A stretch of 63,625 nt of DNA, the filler included, from Sluysia triapertura (Eukaryota): NCBI GenBank assembly GCA_046118255.1. It is 5 parts of 5 records of this genome, joined end to end, with 100 filler letters (N's around TTAATTAATTAA, not from the genome) between each part and the next. Parts side by side here need not be neighbours in the genome. Positions count along the whole stretch, not along the records: positions 23,456 to 36,363 come from JBJNIA010073277.1; positions 36,464 to 52,507 come from JBJNIA010212254.1; 3 more parts are not named here. One strand, 5' to 3'. Positions 27,391-40,480 of this stretch are shown one piece after another. How positions within the stretch are numbered: the first letter of the stretch is position 1; each line of letters opens with the position of its first letter. Below the pieces are notes generated by a model. It had not been told where the DNA came from. It saw nothing but the letters and a program-made list of their open reading frames with translations, and searched no databases. The position numbers and the translations under genes are program-made.

Positions 27391-27980
27391 TGTGGACCAT
27401 GTGTAACTCAAATCGAATCCTACCAGAAGTAGTAGTTAAATGTTGAATTGAATAAAAGCTCCTATTAAAAGTGATTCGTACTAATATTGGGTTATTTAAA
27501 CGAAACAATCTAACTGTTTCATTGCAGCTCTACTGCACACGTTTGTGAGTATAAAACCATTCGGTAAAATAAATTCTATAACATTTTCATTGGAAAATAT
27601 AAAATCATTTATTAATCAAAGCGATACTCATAATAAGGTAAAATAAAACCATAGATAAAAAATATATATACAAGAGATACATTTGTAGTATTGATTAGAT
27701 TCAAATTATCGAGAGTCAGAAGTAAAGGATGGGTTGTGAATCGAGAAGCCGCACGAAGGTACGTTGAAACTAAAATGTGATATGGATTTCATTCCAGATT
27801 CGGTAATGAAATGAAAGACTGTGTGAACAGTATCAGCTTTAATCATAAACTAAAAGCATTATTTGTGGCAGCGAAGATGTTCACCTTGCTTTACTACAAT
27901 ACAGTACAAAATATAAGTAAGCACTTGCCGGGAATGAAGCTATGCATACTACCTCCACTCTTCTCGATTCTGTGCGTGAA

Positions 27981-29594
27981 TCATACTCGTATTGCTCGGT
28001 AATGAGATGACATGTGAGTTGGAGATAACGTGGCTCCCACACTCAGTTCGCTGGGTACGAGATTCTGAGTTTGCTGTTGTTGTTTATGCAGTTGGCGTAT
28101 CTGGCTGCGAGCTGAAACAGACAAGTAGATGATCATTAGAACAACCATTATCAACGACAAAGAAATACCAATTATCTCCCAAGTCGTCAATTCCATGCTG
28201 CGGAATCCACCTGAAACAAATTATTTAATGGTAATTTACAATTACATAAATATTGATGAAAACAAAATGACTGAGTAAAATTATTTAAAACTGTATTGCA
28301 TTTACTTTATTTTCAAAAACACGAAAGATTACTCACAATCACCTACAAAGCATGACAGAAGCCAAGAATCAAGAAACATGAAGAAAAAAAGGAAGAATCC
28401 ATCGCACTTTTATTACCTTCAAGAATCAAAAATACAATTACAGTTATAAAACTTTCTTAGAAATTGAGCAGCAACAATAAAGAAAAAACAATCAATTTAA
28501 ACATAGAAACTGAAAGGAAAACTAACCACGACACAAAACATATACTGATTCGGCACTAAATTGCTTGGTTCCTCCGAATTCACAAGTGATTCTATTAGAA
28601 CCCACCAAATTAAGTTCATGGTCATCACAATTCAAAAGAATAGAAGTGACTGTCTGATTGCCAAGAGTGTCTTCGCCATTCAAAAAACAAGATCGAGTAT
28701 AACTTTGAGATTCTTTTATCTGAATTACAGAATCTGGAGATGACTAAAAAATGATTTTAAATTTAATTAAAAAACACTTACTATATTAACATAATTCCAT
28801 CTGTAACTAGTTGCAAGATTGTTACAATTGGAAAAACACGAAATGTTAATTTTAGCGCCATTCATAAGATCATACGGATTTGTACGAACACCAAGTCCAA
28901 GTAGAATTTGAGATCCAGAACTTTTAGTGGCAGTTTTATCATCTGCTAATTCTACTTGAAGTGATTTTAACTTCTGCAACACTGAAATAAGACAATGATT
29001 CATCAATGTTATTACTCTACAACACACTAAAATTCAAAGTTCACAATACATCACTTCTAATCAAAATAAAAACACTTCGTTTTGAATTAAATTACAATTC
29101 AAGTATTTGTAAATTTTAAATCTTTAAATTTTTCTTATATTTGACATAACTTTACAACCAAAAATAAATTAAACTTTTAAAATACAGAAAATTAAATTAC
29201 CTTTAATATCTATAATTTTCGTATTCGATTTCAAACCCGACATAGAACAATACCAAGTTCCGTTTTGATTCCACTGTAAACTTTTTATTCGATAAGTAAA
29301 TTTCAAGATCGAATTATCTAACTTTTCTAAACCAATACTTACATCTTCCTTATCGTATGGAATTAAATCTTCTGATTTATATTGGTGAGTTACTTTATCA
29401 ATGTGAACAAAAACAACTTTAAGTGCAGCATTTCTCTTTACAACACAAGTCAAATTCACGGATTCATTTAATTGATAATATTTACCATAAGAAGGTTTAG
29501 AAATATAAAAATCTTTAATTTGAAAACATTTTATGCGTATATGCAAGATCGAAACGATCAATATCAAAAATACATTGCAGCTACAATGATTCAT
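27981..29594 (-). CDS. Type-I membrane protein with two Ig-like domains (~347 aa; exons 29594-29201, 28981-28782, 28743-28527, 28210-27981; optional microexon 28342-28337)
   Basis: Signal peptide MNHCSCNVFLILIVSILHI; VNLTC...NGTWYC Ig; second Cys-containing Ig-like domain; TM IIGISLSLIMVVLMIIYL. All GT-AG junctions are phase-compatible (1,0,1) and the frame is open. Confidence 0.85.
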
Positions 29595-30173
29595 TTTTTA
29601 AATGATTAAAAATAAATAGTTCTAAAAATAGTTCCAAAAGTAAAATGATAAATACGATAATTCAAATATTAACAATAATTTTGACAAATTAATATAATAT
29701 ATAAATTTTTATCGTTAAAAATAAAATTTTTTTTAAATACAGATATTAGGCTAGTATTTACTTTGTTTACCTTACTATATTTAAACAAATTAATGTTAAA
29801 TAATTTTAACATATATCAAATAATAAAAAATATTATAACTGGCACCAATGAAAAATATTACGCAATTTGGAAATAATTTAATAAATTCATGTATTGCGAG
29901 AAGTCATTTTTATGTTAATTGCGCAATTTTGGGAAATTTGTGCATAATGTTTATTAACTAATTATACTTAATTAAAAATTTCATATTTAATATTTTGTGA
30001 TTACAAATATAATTTAATTTAATATCTCTTGGAATATTGTTAACTTTAAAAAGAATTATTTTTGTGATTTATAATTATTAATTATAATGTATATTATAAA
30101 AAGAAACAATATTTATGCAAATGATTTATTTAATAACAACAAAATACGATCATTAAAATATATTATTTAGTTT

Positions 30174-30681
30174 TTAATCACAATCTTTTATAAGTGAATC
30201 TGTTTTATTTGTAATTACGAGATTGTTTCCACTGTGTTGTAGTGGATGACGTGCGTGAACTGCGGAAGTTCCCGTTCCACTTGTACCTTTATAGTTAGGA
30301 TTGGTGCTTTCGTGTAGTGAAGTCGTTTGGGCATAATGACTGGAATTTCTAGTTAGTTTATGAGTACGATAAAACTGCTTTAGTTCGTTTATTACCTGAA
30401 TTGTAATAAATAATTTTAAATAAATTAACACAGAAATTCGTATAAATAACCTCTGAATTGATAAAGCAAAAGAGTAAGGATACGAAGAAACCCTGAAAAA
30501 AAAGTAAATCGAAGTTGTAATTAAACAAACTTGGCAAGATGTCATCGTATGTTCGTAGTATAATCGAACTATTTCGAATGAGTCAGAATTTATTTTATCA
30601 CTGAGAAGGAAAAGTGGAATCATAACCACGTCGTAAATTCCAAAAACGATAACCAATATGGCAGTTGCTTTGAGGACTTTT
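30174..30681 (-). CDS. Class B (secretin-family) GPCR, 3' exons TM6-TM7-tail (30681-30531, 30492-30451, 30395-30174)
   Basis: KVLKATAILVIVFG...TMTSCQ|GFFVSLLFCFINSE|VINELKQ matches the family-2 signature QGFFV.LxxCF.N.EV, including the characteristic 42-nt TM7 exon. 5' exons not found. Confidence 0.9.
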
Positions 30682-31464
30682 CTGAAAATAGTAACTTTAT
30701 GCTTTATTAAAATGAGAAAGTATTTGAACTGAATTCTAATAGTTATTTAATGTATTTCACGGTTTTTGTTTGGCGTGATAAATATTTGGAAGATGACGGA
30801 AGGTGATTGTGATATTACTAATTCAGAGCATATTTACGATGGTCGTTTTTCCTGAAAAATGAGAACAAAATGTCCGATGTTTGATTTGAAGTTCACGGAT
30901 AACGTTAGCGCCTAAGATACTGGCGCTTTGTAAGAAACAGAGAACTTTAACTTTAACATCTTTTAGAAATTTGTAAAGATTATGACCAATTAACTTCTTT
31001 TTGAAATATGAATTTTATTTGCCAGTAGCACATTGTTGCTTTGTAGTTTATGTGCATTCCTCTACTTCAGGACCAAGAAATTTTGAATCTTTTATTTTAC
31101 AAATGCATAAAATTGTACAGTGAATAAGAGCAGTAATTTTGGATATTATAAAATGTGGTTTCAAGTTTATTTAAAAGATCATATCAAAAATTATTTTTGG
31201 AAAGTGTTATATATTTATACTCAATTTAAATCGATGCATTATTTTATCAATAAGTACTGTTATAAAGATAGTAGTCAGACATACCAAGTATACTTAAAAA
31301 TATTCTTAATATTAGTAAGTGTACAAAATACAATCTTCGTAAATGTATTAAAAGTGTAAGAATATCGAATATGTAGTAGTATTTCTTTGATTGTAAATTT
31401 TCTTTCAACTTTTTATAATTATTTTATGAAAATTATCCAAATTTTTATTCAAAATTTTTAATAA

Positions 31465-32003
31465 ATTGCCCACCAGATTAATGGGCGGGCAAACCGGGCA
31501 ACTGCCCGGGCGCCAAATTTTGAGGGCCGCCGATATAAAAATAAAGTATTTTTTTAGATTTTATAAATTAAAATCGATCATTTTTCACGAGACATCGATT
31601 TTTTCAGCAAGTAATACATTTTTTTCTTTAATAAAACCAATAAATGTTACAACGAGCTAATTATTTTAATATTGTAAACTGTTTACAAACTGATTTTCAA
31701 AAAAATTAATTTAATTATCTATGTTATTGAATTTTTGACAAGTATCATTACAAAAAATCTTGTATGTCACACGTATGAAACAGGAATCGCTCCTTCGTCG
31801 CTGAAACTTCAAATGCTCAAGTTATGTTATTCCATATGTTGTATCGCTTGTAAGTAAATAACTGTCGTATTATTTTTTAAATAAATAATTTTTTACACAG
31901 TTCTTTACTATTTTTTAATTGGCAGTAAATTCGTGTATTCATGTATGAAATGGCGCCAAATTTTGCTTTACCCGGGGCGCTCAGAACCCTAGATCCGGCC
32001 CTG
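31465..32003. mobile_element. hAT-type MITE
   Basis: Right end rc CAGGGCCGGATCTAGGG; GC-rich subterminal GCCCGGGCGCCAAATTTT motifs at both ends; left TIR degenerate. Confidence 0.65.
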
Positions 32004-35000
32004 TGGATGGTTGAATGTTATTTCTTTTGAATTAATTTTTTAGTCTAAAAAGCCACCACAATAATAAACAATAAAGAAATAACGAAATAAATTTTAATAT
32101 ATGCAAATACTACTTATTAGATATTCAGATATTTAGAAGAGAAGACTTTTGATACATTTACTGATTTTGAGTTTTACTAAGTTTGAATTAGCAATTACTT
32201 ACAAATATTTAATTTTGTTTTTCTTTTTTTGAAAAATAGACAACCTAAAACTGCTTATTTATGTAACCTTTTATTTTTTGGCATTTTTAATTTTCAAAAT
32301 TTTAATTTTGTCGAAATACAAATAATTTAAAAAAATATCGACATTTGTTTATGTGATTTATCACAACAAACTGCATATAAAGTATAACAATGGATTCTAT
32401 GAACATTTCAAATCAAACTAAATATATTTGTCATACATCATTTCTCGTCCACATCCAAACAATTAGAAATATTGTGCATTGAATGGGCAAAGGTATCGAT
32501 GATTTTTATTATCAGCGGTTTTATTAACACTGAACATACCAAGGATTGATATGTGTCTATTCACACCATATACTGTTTAACAATGTTCATTTATTTGATT
32601 ATGTATTATAATTTCACAGTATTTTCATTTGATCAGTCGTGGTAGGTCTAGTGTTAAATATGGACCTGGGTTCTATAAACATGATAATAGAAATCAAAAT
32701 TCCAACAAACATTATCATAAGTAATGCGCTTAATCTTGATCAAAATTCACAAACAAATTCAAGAATACCCATTTATCTAATTGTTACTTATGCCTATAAA
32801 CGTTCTCACATTCAAAAGTTATAACTAATTTCTTCAGATGCATATTTTATCATTGGCTAATTTCTTACAGTTGGATATTTTTATCTATCCACAGCAATAA
32901 TTATATAACATGTCCGGATCTCAATATATTTGAAACTTTATCACAAAGTAGACACAGAATATTACAATCTATTATTTGACCTACAGATGATGTAGTGTAG
33001 TGTTGATATATGCTTCACATGAACAACTACAAAGCACATTGAAGTTTTCACCGAATATATTTCACTATTTGGATAATAATCGTAATGATAATAATAAGAG
33101 TCAAGATCTAAGTAAGATTCCAGATAGAAATATCTTCGATTTAGAAAAATTGTAAACTTGTATAAATGTTGTATCCAAACACATAATGGTGTGGAGTATA
33201 CTAAATATTATGACACAGATTATCGTATTATAAAAATTAATAAGAATTTCAACATTGTATAATAATTTAGAATACTTATCAGAAAAAATAAAGGTGAAGC
33301 GTGTAAATANNNNNNNNNNNNNNNNNNNNNNNNNNNNNNNNNNNNNNNNNNNNNNNNNNNNNNNNNNNNNNNNNNNNNNNNNNNNNNNNNNNNNNNNNNN
33401 NNNNNNNNNNNNNNNNNNNNNNNNNNNNNNNNNNNNNNNNNNNNNNNNNNNNNNNNNNNNNNNNNNNNNNNNNNNNNNNNNNNNNNNNAAAATGATCGTG
33501 AAAATGTGCACTAAAATGATGTTACTATCACTGCTAAAGTTCTGTAAAAATCAAGAAATAGTCTTTTGAAATAATACAACAATAGAAAAGGATAAGGTTG
33601 AAAAATCTTATTACTTATTGCTGTATGGATACAAAAAAAGAAAGTATGCAGTATGACTAGTTGGTGGAAATGAACTGAGATATGAAAATGGATGATATTC
33701 AAGATTCCACAGACAGAAACAGATTTAATGATCTGAAAGTTCTGTTTAGATATCAAGTCAAACTTTGAAAAACCAATCACAAGAAAGACGATAACAGACA
33801 GATTGTGTTCATTTAACTGTGTTCGTGATTGGCGCTCTGGAATCATGACATCCGAACAAAAAATTAATACATTTGCTGAATACATTTGCTAGATATCAAT
33901 AATAATTAATTATGATAATGATAATAATAATAATAATGCAACGGGAACGAGGAAAATTATTTTTCAACTGTCAGATTTAGTTACAATTCAACGCGATTTA
34001 AAGAAAACGCAAATTCATAAATATTTTTAAACAATCGATAAAATATCTCAAAAATATATAAAGAAATATTTTATAATAAATTGTAAAAGCGATATTATCG
34101 TTAAAAAATATTAATTTAAAAGTAATATTAGTTTGATATTTAATTCTACGAATAGCGGATTGAGACGTTTATAATATTGTAAAGAAGTTTATTATTACTG
34201 CGATTGTTGTGAGACATTTTAAATTGTGGTATAAAATCGTGATTAAAATTTTGATAGAATATGTTAAGTTCGGTGACTGTTAACTTCGTATAGAATTTTG
34301 ATATTCTAACTGTTCAGCCTATGTTTCATTATAAGACTTGAACCACGGACAAAGTTTTCTTACATCAGATGTTAGAACTCTTGGACGCGCTCATCAAGAG
34401 GGTTTTATTAATTTTTCGGAAAATAAAAGGAACAAATCGGTTGCTCGGAATCATCAGAAATATTGTTTCGTCTCGTACTTTCAATTTGTAAAATCGATTT
34501 AAAACTACCTAATATTGGTTTTCAGGTAAATCTTGTAATTATTTGTATTGTCTCTCAGTATTTATCTTTGATTTACCTTCGCATTCAACCAAATATTAAT
34601 CGATACGTTGTATCCGAAGTTAGAAGTTATTAAAATTAGATAAAACTATAAAAGTTGATGGTTATATGAGTAAATATAATGTTACAAAATGTTATTTTAA
34701 AATGAGATGTGATTATTGAAAAATATAAAAGAAAGTGTAACATAAAGTTAATGATCAAATGAATCATTTTTGAAAGATTGTAAACTTTTGTTAGACAAAG
34801 ATATTCACTCTGTGTAAATTGTGCGTTATTTGTTAATTATAGATTATTACAGGGATATTTGTGATTAAATAAGCGAGCTGATTTAACTTCTAATTTCACA
34901 ACAAAAATTGTATTTCGTCTAACGTCTTTGATAATACAGCTTCACATAGTCTATAATTAATTCTGTGGTATTTTAATACTGTTTCCACATATTTGTAAAA

Positions 35001-36263
35001 CTCGCTCATACTTCTTGATTAATTTATTGGTGTACTGTCTTTGCACATCTTGAAAAGACATCAACACGTATTAAATTCCATTAACATCCTCCATTGGTTT
35101 TAGAAAACAGAGTTATTTCTGTCCAATTATGTCGTGCTAATTTTTTTGGTCCGTCTTCTTTATATGTACCAATTTCCGAATTTGTCGGACCATGTCTTTT
35201 GACCATTACAGCAGTTAGATTTTATAAGAAAAATAATAATTTATAAATCTCTCACGATTACCCATAATCACATTATTCACGATGACAAATTACACTTATA
35301 AATTCAGCTTCTTTATGAATCACTTGCCATTTATATTTTTACAGTTATTTAATTTTCGATCAGAAAAGACGGAAATGATCTTAAAACAGTCCAAATTAGT
35401 AAATTATTCGAATTTATTTTTCTGTTGTTTACAATACGTTATTCAGTCCCCATCCAAATAATGTCTGCAGATGTTCACAAGGTAGCGAGAAATTGTTGAG
35501 TAATATTGTTGGGTTATCCAACTGTGGAATAAGAAATGAGTAAAGAATGTGCAATGCAGAAAATTATAACAAGACACTGCCTTTTTTAGAATTGAATAAT
35601 TACCTGGAGTTCTAAAGATCCTTGTAAGATGTTAAGATTTTTCGAGAAGCTTTAGATTGGTTTCAAAACGTTCTGAGACATTTAAGCAACCTTAAACATG
35701 TGAGTTCTCATTTGAGATCTCATAAACCTTTAAGATCTTGTAAAATATTTGAAATCTTTAAAATATTTGTGAAAAAGTCATTGTTGCTAATGTCATAAAT
35801 AGTAATATTCATTTAATATTATAGTAATGTTCATTTAATAATATTCATATAATATTCATTTAATAATATTCATTTAATATAATAATAAAAATAATATTAT
35901 AATGTAAATTCATTTAATAATAAGTAATATAGTTTAAATGATGGAATGTACTTTTAGGATTTGTAATTATTATTATGTATTAAAAATTTTTAATCGCGAT
36001 TGCCTTTGAACTAAACATGTGATTATATACAGAACTTGTGTGTTTTACAGAAATTTTGTATGTATTAAAATTAAACTGAATTCGTGTATATTAAATTTAT
36101 TTGTAAATTATAATTGTAATTTTAACTGAATTTATGTGTATAAATTTTATATAAATTAATTATAATTGTGTATAGAATATTTTTAAAAATTTATCTGTGT
36201 ATCATTTAAAAATTTATAAATTTTAATTACTATTTATTTTTTTTGTATAATAAAAACTAATAT

Positions 36264-36363
36264 AAATTATTGAAACAATCGTTGTGAAATTATTGAAACA
36301 ATCGTTGTGAAATTATTGAAACAATCGTTGTGAAATTATTGAAACAATCGTTGTGAAATTATT
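36264..36363. repeat. 23-bp minisatellite (AAATTATTGAAACAATCGTTGTG)n running into a gap
   Basis: Four identical units plus a partial unit, no spacers. Confidence 0.95.
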
Positions 36364-39300
36364 NNNNNNNNNNNNNNNNNNNNNNNNNNNNNNNNNNNNN
36401 NNNNNNNTTAATTAATTAANNNNNNNNNNNNNNNNNNNNNNNNNNNNNNNNNNNNNNNNNNNNGGGAAAGTGATATTTTAATGAGATTAGGTTTAGAATT
36501 GTTGTATCTAGATTTTAGGTTATACATGTTGACCACTACAGATATAACATAATTTATATTTCGTTTATATTTTATCGTTATTTTAATAAACTTTTGGTTT
36601 TAATTATTGTTTATATTTACAAAAATAAAGCTTTAATTTGAGTTGAATAGACCAACATTTATAAGGTGAAGTGTAAAATTAAAGATTAGAACTGATTGAA
36701 AAGAAAGTAAAAAATTTAAAAGAATAGACTTGAGAATTAATTAAATAACCGATTAAACTATTATAATCTTAAGGATTTAATAAATAAATTGACTATATAA
36801 TGAGACCCTCATCACTGTAAAAGCACCAGGAATTTCTTTACGAAGCTTTCTGATTCTATAAAATTCTCATGTGAGTGCGTTTTTTGCGTAATGTAAACCG
36901 TACATCACAGGCGGACCCGTAATCTAATTTTATAATTAGAACATTAATATATTCATCCATTGATAATCACTCATTTATTAGTATTAGTTTTTCATTTCTA
37001 TTTTAATAAAATCATATTTTGCTTTGAAATTGCGGTGCACCGTCTGATTTATAACCTTTTCATTCCGCATTTCTTACATTTTATTTATTTTATTTTGTTT
37101 AAAGTTATTTTTAAAATTACGAAGATATTTTATTATCATAATATATTATTATTATTATAATTTAATTATTCAAATTTTAATCTTTGATAAATAATATTCT
37201 TTGTTTAAATTTTATAAATGTAATGTAAAAAGACTTTCAAAAAAGTCTAAAATTTACAAAGAATAAGTCAAACTTGCAACAAAAAGACAAAATAAATGTT
37301 TCACAAAAATGGAATAAAATTAAATTAAAATAAAATAGAATCAGAAAATAACTAAAAATAGTTGATAATACTAAAATAAAAATAATAAAATTCAATTATA
37401 ATGTACATTCACATAAAAGTAGAAATTATTACTTAAATAACAAAAATTATAAATAAATAATAAATATGAATTATTATAAATAAATTATAAAATATTTATT
37501 CTTATTATTCTTATTATTTATTCTTATTAATATTAGACAAAGAAATTCCTGTAAGAACTACAGTTAGTTCATTTCGAATAACATATCTGATTGAATTAAA
37601 TGATGTTTGGAATCAAACATAAAAATCAATAGATAATAGAATCACTGGGTAGACTAAAAGTACCAATTAAATTTTAACATAATAAAAACTAACAATACTC
37701 AGAAAGTGAAGTATGTTACTAGTTCAATTCCAGATCAATTCATTTTATTAAGTTCAACAATATTAGTATTAATAATAATGAAAAATAAAGATAATAACGA
37801 AAATTAAATAAATAATAAATAATATCATTGTTTTAAAAACTACTCATTTATTGTTACACATTCAAAAAATATCATTATTATACAAATTACTATACTTTAA
37901 AATAATAATAATACTTATTATTATTATTACTCATTACTTTTATTATCATAAAATAAATATAATATTAATTTATTCTTTAAATATATCAATTATATATTTA
38001 GTTTTGTATATTGTAAAAATTTTCATTATTTTAAATTATTTTAATTAATGATAAAGTTTACGAATAATTTAAAATGTGCAAATAAAATAGTTTCGAAATA
38101 AGAATGTCACAGAGGCGTCATGACCTAAAAATAAAAATGACAAAAATAAAATAATAACAATAATAAATAATAATTAGTTAAAATAATAATTATTATTATT
38201 ATGAAAATAAAATAATAGGCACCCTTATGAATACAATATATAATAAGCTTTAAGGCACAATAACAAATAATGACAACGATTGAACAAGGTTTTAAATAAA
38301 CAAAATAATAACAAATTTGAATAAAATCCTTATTCAATTATTCTGCTGTTGTATGCTTAATTTGGACTAAATTCATAACGACTGATTCTAAATTTTATAT
38401 GCCGCGAAATTTTCCAGAAAAATCATTAGTTATTTGTCATTGAATTTTTCCGTTATATAAGATAAGTGTCCAAATAGACATAATATAAACTCTATTTTCG
38501 GTTAGAATAATTCCAGCCTTAAAATCATTATAAAATTCTTATTTCAGGTTAATTTTATTTTAAAAACAACTGTGTATATTAAAAATTGTAACTTTTTGTT
38601 TTATTGTTTATTTAAATTTTCTTCTTCTGCTACTCAGAAATTATATGATCATGTATTATCAGTTTCATCTTATTAACCAATTAAACCCACGAAATTCAAA
38701 TGTAAAAAAACAAAACGAAGAACTGAAAAAGCAACAAATTACGAAGATGAATGCATACAAAGAATAGAAACGAAAACAGCAGCATTATGAGCATCAAAAG
38801 AAGCTACATGAACAAACTAAAAGAGAATGAGAAATTAAAATCGATCAGAAACTCAGGCATTTGCATATTCTAGCAGCATTTGAACGTGAAGATTATCATA
38901 TGGATAAATAACTATTATTGAAACTGGCTCATTCGAAATTAAATCATACCTTTTACAACAAATGTAAACACCTTGTCAATTGTGTCATCTAATTTATTGT
39001 TGATTTTCTACACCTAGCAAACTGTCCTTAACTGCAGTCATTGTCAAGTTCAAAATGATTAAACAAGACATATTTCTGAATTAAATAATGTAAATAAAAC
39101 TGTTGAAAATTTGATTTCTGAAAACAATAATTTATTACAAATAAAAGAAACTAATGAGAAATAAAAATAATCTTAGTTAATTTCATTACAGAAATTATTA
39201 TTTTGAAAGAAAATTAAGAAAAAATGAAATTAAAGATTTAGAAAAAAGTGCTTTTAATAAAAAAAGATAGAGAAACAGAGGTCGTAACTTTATTAAAAGT

Positions 39301-39589
39301 TTTGATAATTTTAAAGATCAAATTCAATAACTTCAAGATGAATTATTTGAATATTGTGAACTAAATAGTTCAAAAGATTAGATAAAACATTGAGAGAATT
39401 ACAAGTAAAAGAGGATACCTTGCTAGATTTTACAAACAGCGTCATTAATATAAAAGGTGATAAGAATAAGCAAGAACTTTTAATCGAATAATTGAAAAGA
39501 GAAATTATTTTTACTATTATTATTATTGTTATTTATTATTATCATTATTATATTTATCAATTATTAGTATTATCAGTTATTCCAAATGC

Positions 39590-40480
39590 CAACCGGTTTG
39601 TGTATTGTAGTTAATTGACAGCTTTTTGTCAATCACAAAATTTATATTAAATTTAATTTTGTAGCAACTAGACAGTTGTTTCTATTGGTCAGTTAATTTT
39701 TATTAAAAACAATGTTTCATTTTATGTTTTAGCATTATTATAAAAATTATGTTTAACATCAAACTTTATTATGATGCTTAAAAATTCAAAGATTAAGTTC
39801 CTAATCAACTATTTCATTATGAATTGTAATGATGCTTCAGGAAGAAGGACTGTCAAAATTGATAGTTTTAATAATTAATAATGCCAATGATAACTACGAT
39901 AATGATGATAATAATTAATGAGGATATAATGATTATAGTAATAATAATAGTTTTGTAATAATATAATTAATAATAATAATAAAAATAAAACAAATAATAA
40001 TAATAATAAATAATCCAAAATAAAAATAAAGATAAAAAAGTATACATAAAATTATGTCTTTTTCTTATATATATTTCTTTTATTTCTAAATTTCTTTAAA
40101 ATTTTCTTGAGAAAATGTTTCTTATAACATATTATTTCTTTTCTTAAACTATGAAACAAAGTAAATAAAATTCTTTTAGGCAATGAATAATGTTGAAATA
40201 ATAAAGCTTGAAGTTATTAGAGGAAGAATATATATCATCATAAGAATATAAAAAGAGATTAGTAAAAAAGAGATTAGTAAAATTGGAGATGTTAAGAGAA
40301 ATTCCATTTAGATTATGATTATGTTCTGAAATAAATTTAAATTGTAAAGTTAATTATTTTCGATGTTATTGAGATGATTTTATTGTAAAAGAATTAGTGT
40401 ATTGAAGTGTATTTAAAATTTTGAAAGATAAAGTTGGCCACCACACCTAATTTTCAAAATGTAATATTAAATTAGTATGG
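39590..40480 (-). mobile_element. Penelope-like family copy, reverse orientation
   Basis: GTTGGCCACCACACCTAA (40433-40450) is near reverse complement of TAGGTACATGTGGTGGCCAAC (6501-6521); G/T-skewed tract. Confidence 0.4.

Noticed and set aside
30761-30851. Candidate upstream exon of the GPCR
   Set aside because: All three frames from the TTTCAG acceptor hit stops and there is no TM5 similarity.
36264-36363. CRISPR-like direct repeats
   Set aside because: Head-to-tail 23-bp units with no spacers, in a eukaryotic context; a minisatellite.
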